From a phage, in sequence record AH001313.2: a DNA stretch of 260 nt. The stretch is one strand, 5' to 3'. Below, one piece after another: positions 1-260 of the stretch; position 1 is the stretch's first letter; every line of letters starts with the position of its first letter. Both the position numbers and the translations under genes were made by a program. The notes below the pieces were generated by a model. The model did not search any database, was not told the origin of the DNA, and worked only from the letters and a program-made list of their open reading frames with translations.

Positions 1-4
1 GGGT

Positions 5-24
5 GGGACCCCTTTCGGGGTCCT
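5..24 (+). promoter_or_regulatory. 5'-terminal GC-rich hairpin of the phage RNA (8-bp stem 5-12/17-24, 4-nt loop TTTC at 13-16); may extend to 1-28 using G-U wobbles
   Basis: Direct base pairing seen: c12-g17, c11-g18, c10-g19, c9-g20, a8-t21, g7-c22, g6-c23, g5-t24 (G-U). Possible extension t4-g25, g3-c26, g2-t27, g1-c28. A stable 5' hairpin is an established feature of the MS2 leader. Confidence 0.7.
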
Positions 25-29
25 GCTCA

Positions 30-36
30 ACTTCCT
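30..36 (+). promoter_or_regulatory. Candidate upstream complementary sequence (ACUUCCU) able to pair with the maturation-gene Shine-Dalgarno AGGAGGU by long-distance interaction
   Basis: ACTTCCT is complementary to AGGAGGT with one U-G wobble. MS2 maturation-gene translation is known to be controlled by an upstream complementary sequence pairing with its SD. The SD itself would lie in the masked block, so the pairing cannot be shown here. Confidence 0.3.
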
Positions 37-110
37 GTCGAGCTAATGCCATTTTTAATGTCTTTAGCGAGACGCTACCATGGCTATCGCTGTAGGTAGC
101 CGGAATTCCA

Positions 111-210
111 NNNNNNNNNNNNNNNNNNNNNNNNNNNNNNNNNNNNNNNNNNNNNNNNNNNNNNNNNNNNNNNNNNNNNNNNNNNNNNNNNNNNNNNNNN
201 NNNNNNNNNN
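111..210. other. Run of exactly 100 N: unknown-length gap placeholder, masked region, or variable-insert placeholder; carries no sequence information
   Basis: 100 consecutive ambiguity codes. 100 N is the conventional length for gaps of unknown size in scaffolds. The flanks are the two genome termini, so about 3.4 kb of native sequence is unrepresented. Confidence 0.95.
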
Positions 211-212
211 CC

Positions 213-225
213 CGGGATTCTCCCG
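213..225 (+). other. Small stem-loop in the 3' UTR (4-bp stem c213-g225, g214-c224, g215-c223, g216-c222; 5-nt loop ATTCT)
   Basis: Inverted complementarity CGGG / CCCG seen directly. The stem is short and the functional assignment is uncertain. Confidence 0.3.
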
Positions 226-229
226 ATTT

Positions 230-255
230 GGTAACTAGCTGCTTGGCTAGTTACC
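230..255 (+). promoter_or_regulatory. 3'-terminal hairpin of the phage RNA: perfect 10-bp stem (230-239 GGTAACTAGC / 246-255 GCTAGTTACC) with 6-nt loop TGCTTG
   Basis: Perfect inverted repeat seen directly; the reverse complement of GGTAACTAGC is GCTAGTTACC. It sits just upstream of the single-stranded 3' tail, matching the established 3'-terminal helix of MS2 RNA in the replicase and maturation-protein binding region. Confidence 0.8.
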
Positions 256-260
256 ACCCA
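256..260 (+). promoter_or_regulatory. Single-stranded 3' tail ACCCA: levivirus replicase initiation site (CCC plus terminal untemplated A)
   Basis: The window ends ...ACCACCCA. Levivirus replicases (Qbeta, MS2) initiate minus-strand synthesis at the 3' CCC, with the terminal A added without template. The tail lies outside the 3' hairpin, so it is unpaired. Confidence 0.75.

Larger units (their letters stand above)
1..110 (+). other. 5' terminal untranslated leader of an MS2-group levivirus genome (plus-sense cDNA), equivalent to genome nt 1-110; the maturation (A) protein start would fall inside the N block
   Basis: Sequence recalled as the MS2 5' end: starts GGGTGGGACCCCTTTCGGGGTCCTGCTCAACTTCCTGTCGAGCTAATGCC and runs to ...GTAGCCGGAATTCCA. 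Starts with GGG as levivirus plus strands do. No Shine-Dalgarno-led ORF inside. Identification is by memory, not by search. Confidence 0.85.
211..260 (+). other. 3' terminal untranslated region of an MS2-group levivirus genome (final 50 nt, plus-sense cDNA)
   Basis: Sequence recalled as the MS2 3' end: CCCGGGATTCTCCCGATTTGGTAACTAGCTGCTTGGCTAGTTACCACCCA, ending in the characteristic CCCA-3'. Identification is by memory, not by search. Confidence 0.85.

Noticed and set aside
25-43. Weak stem GCTC (25-28) / GAGC (40-43) with an 11-nt loop
   Set aside because: Only 4 bp with a large loop, and it competes with extension of the 5' terminal hairpin. Not convincing without covariation or folding energy support.
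46-99. Short ORF ATG 46-48 to TAG 97-99 (17 codons)
   Set aside because: Too short, no ribosome-binding site, and it lies within a structured untranslated leader. Consistent with a chance ORF.
80-110. ATG at 80-82 (inside CCATGG) opening a frame (M A I A V G S R N S...) that runs without a stop into the N block
   Set aside because: No Shine-Dalgarno motif in the 15 nt upstream, and the region corresponds to the untranslated leader of MS2, where the maturation gene starts further downstream at a GUG. The frame cannot be followed through the Ns, so there is no support for a CDS.
111-210. N run as a biological low-complexity region, repeat or CRISPR spacer region
   Set aside because: N is an ambiguity code, not sequence. 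No structure or function can be inferred from it.
230-260. tRNA-like element, suggested by the hairpin plus ...ACCA/CCCA 3' end
   Set aside because: Only one hairpin is present, with no D-arm, anticodon arm or T-arm and no acceptor-stem pairing of the 3' end with an upstream 5' segment. The 3' CCCA is the levivirus replicase initiation motif, not a tRNA CCA end.
1-260. Small Qbeta-replicase-replicable RNA (MDV-1 or RQ-type variant), suggested by the 5' GGG and 3' CCCA
   Set aside because: The flank sequences match recalled MS2 genomic termini rather than any RQ or MDV variant I recognise, and the interior is undetermined.

Overview
The window is not a contiguous genomic locus. It holds the two termini of an MS2-group ssRNA coliphage genome (Emesvirus zinderi: MS2/R17/f2-like), written as plus-sense cDNA, separated by exactly 100 N characters. 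Positions 1-110 match my recollection of the MS2 5' untranslated leader (GGGUGGGACCCCUUUCGGGGUCC...GGAAUUCCA), and 211-260 match the MS2 3' terminus (...GGUAACUAGCUGCUUGGCUAGUUACCACCCA-3'). This identification is from memory, not a database search. The roughly 3.4 kb that lies between these termini in a native genome (maturation, coat, lysis and replicase genes) is absent or masked. No CDS, tRNA, rRNA, CRISPR array or mobile element can be supported from the 160 determined bases. What is visible is RNA structure: a GC-rich 5'-terminal hairpin, a perfect 10-bp 3'-terminal hairpin, a single-stranded 3' ACCCA tail, and the levivirus hallmark that both strands begin with GGGUGG. I find no evidence of a novel biological system; the informative content is well-described phage MS2 terminal sequence around an uninformative N block.
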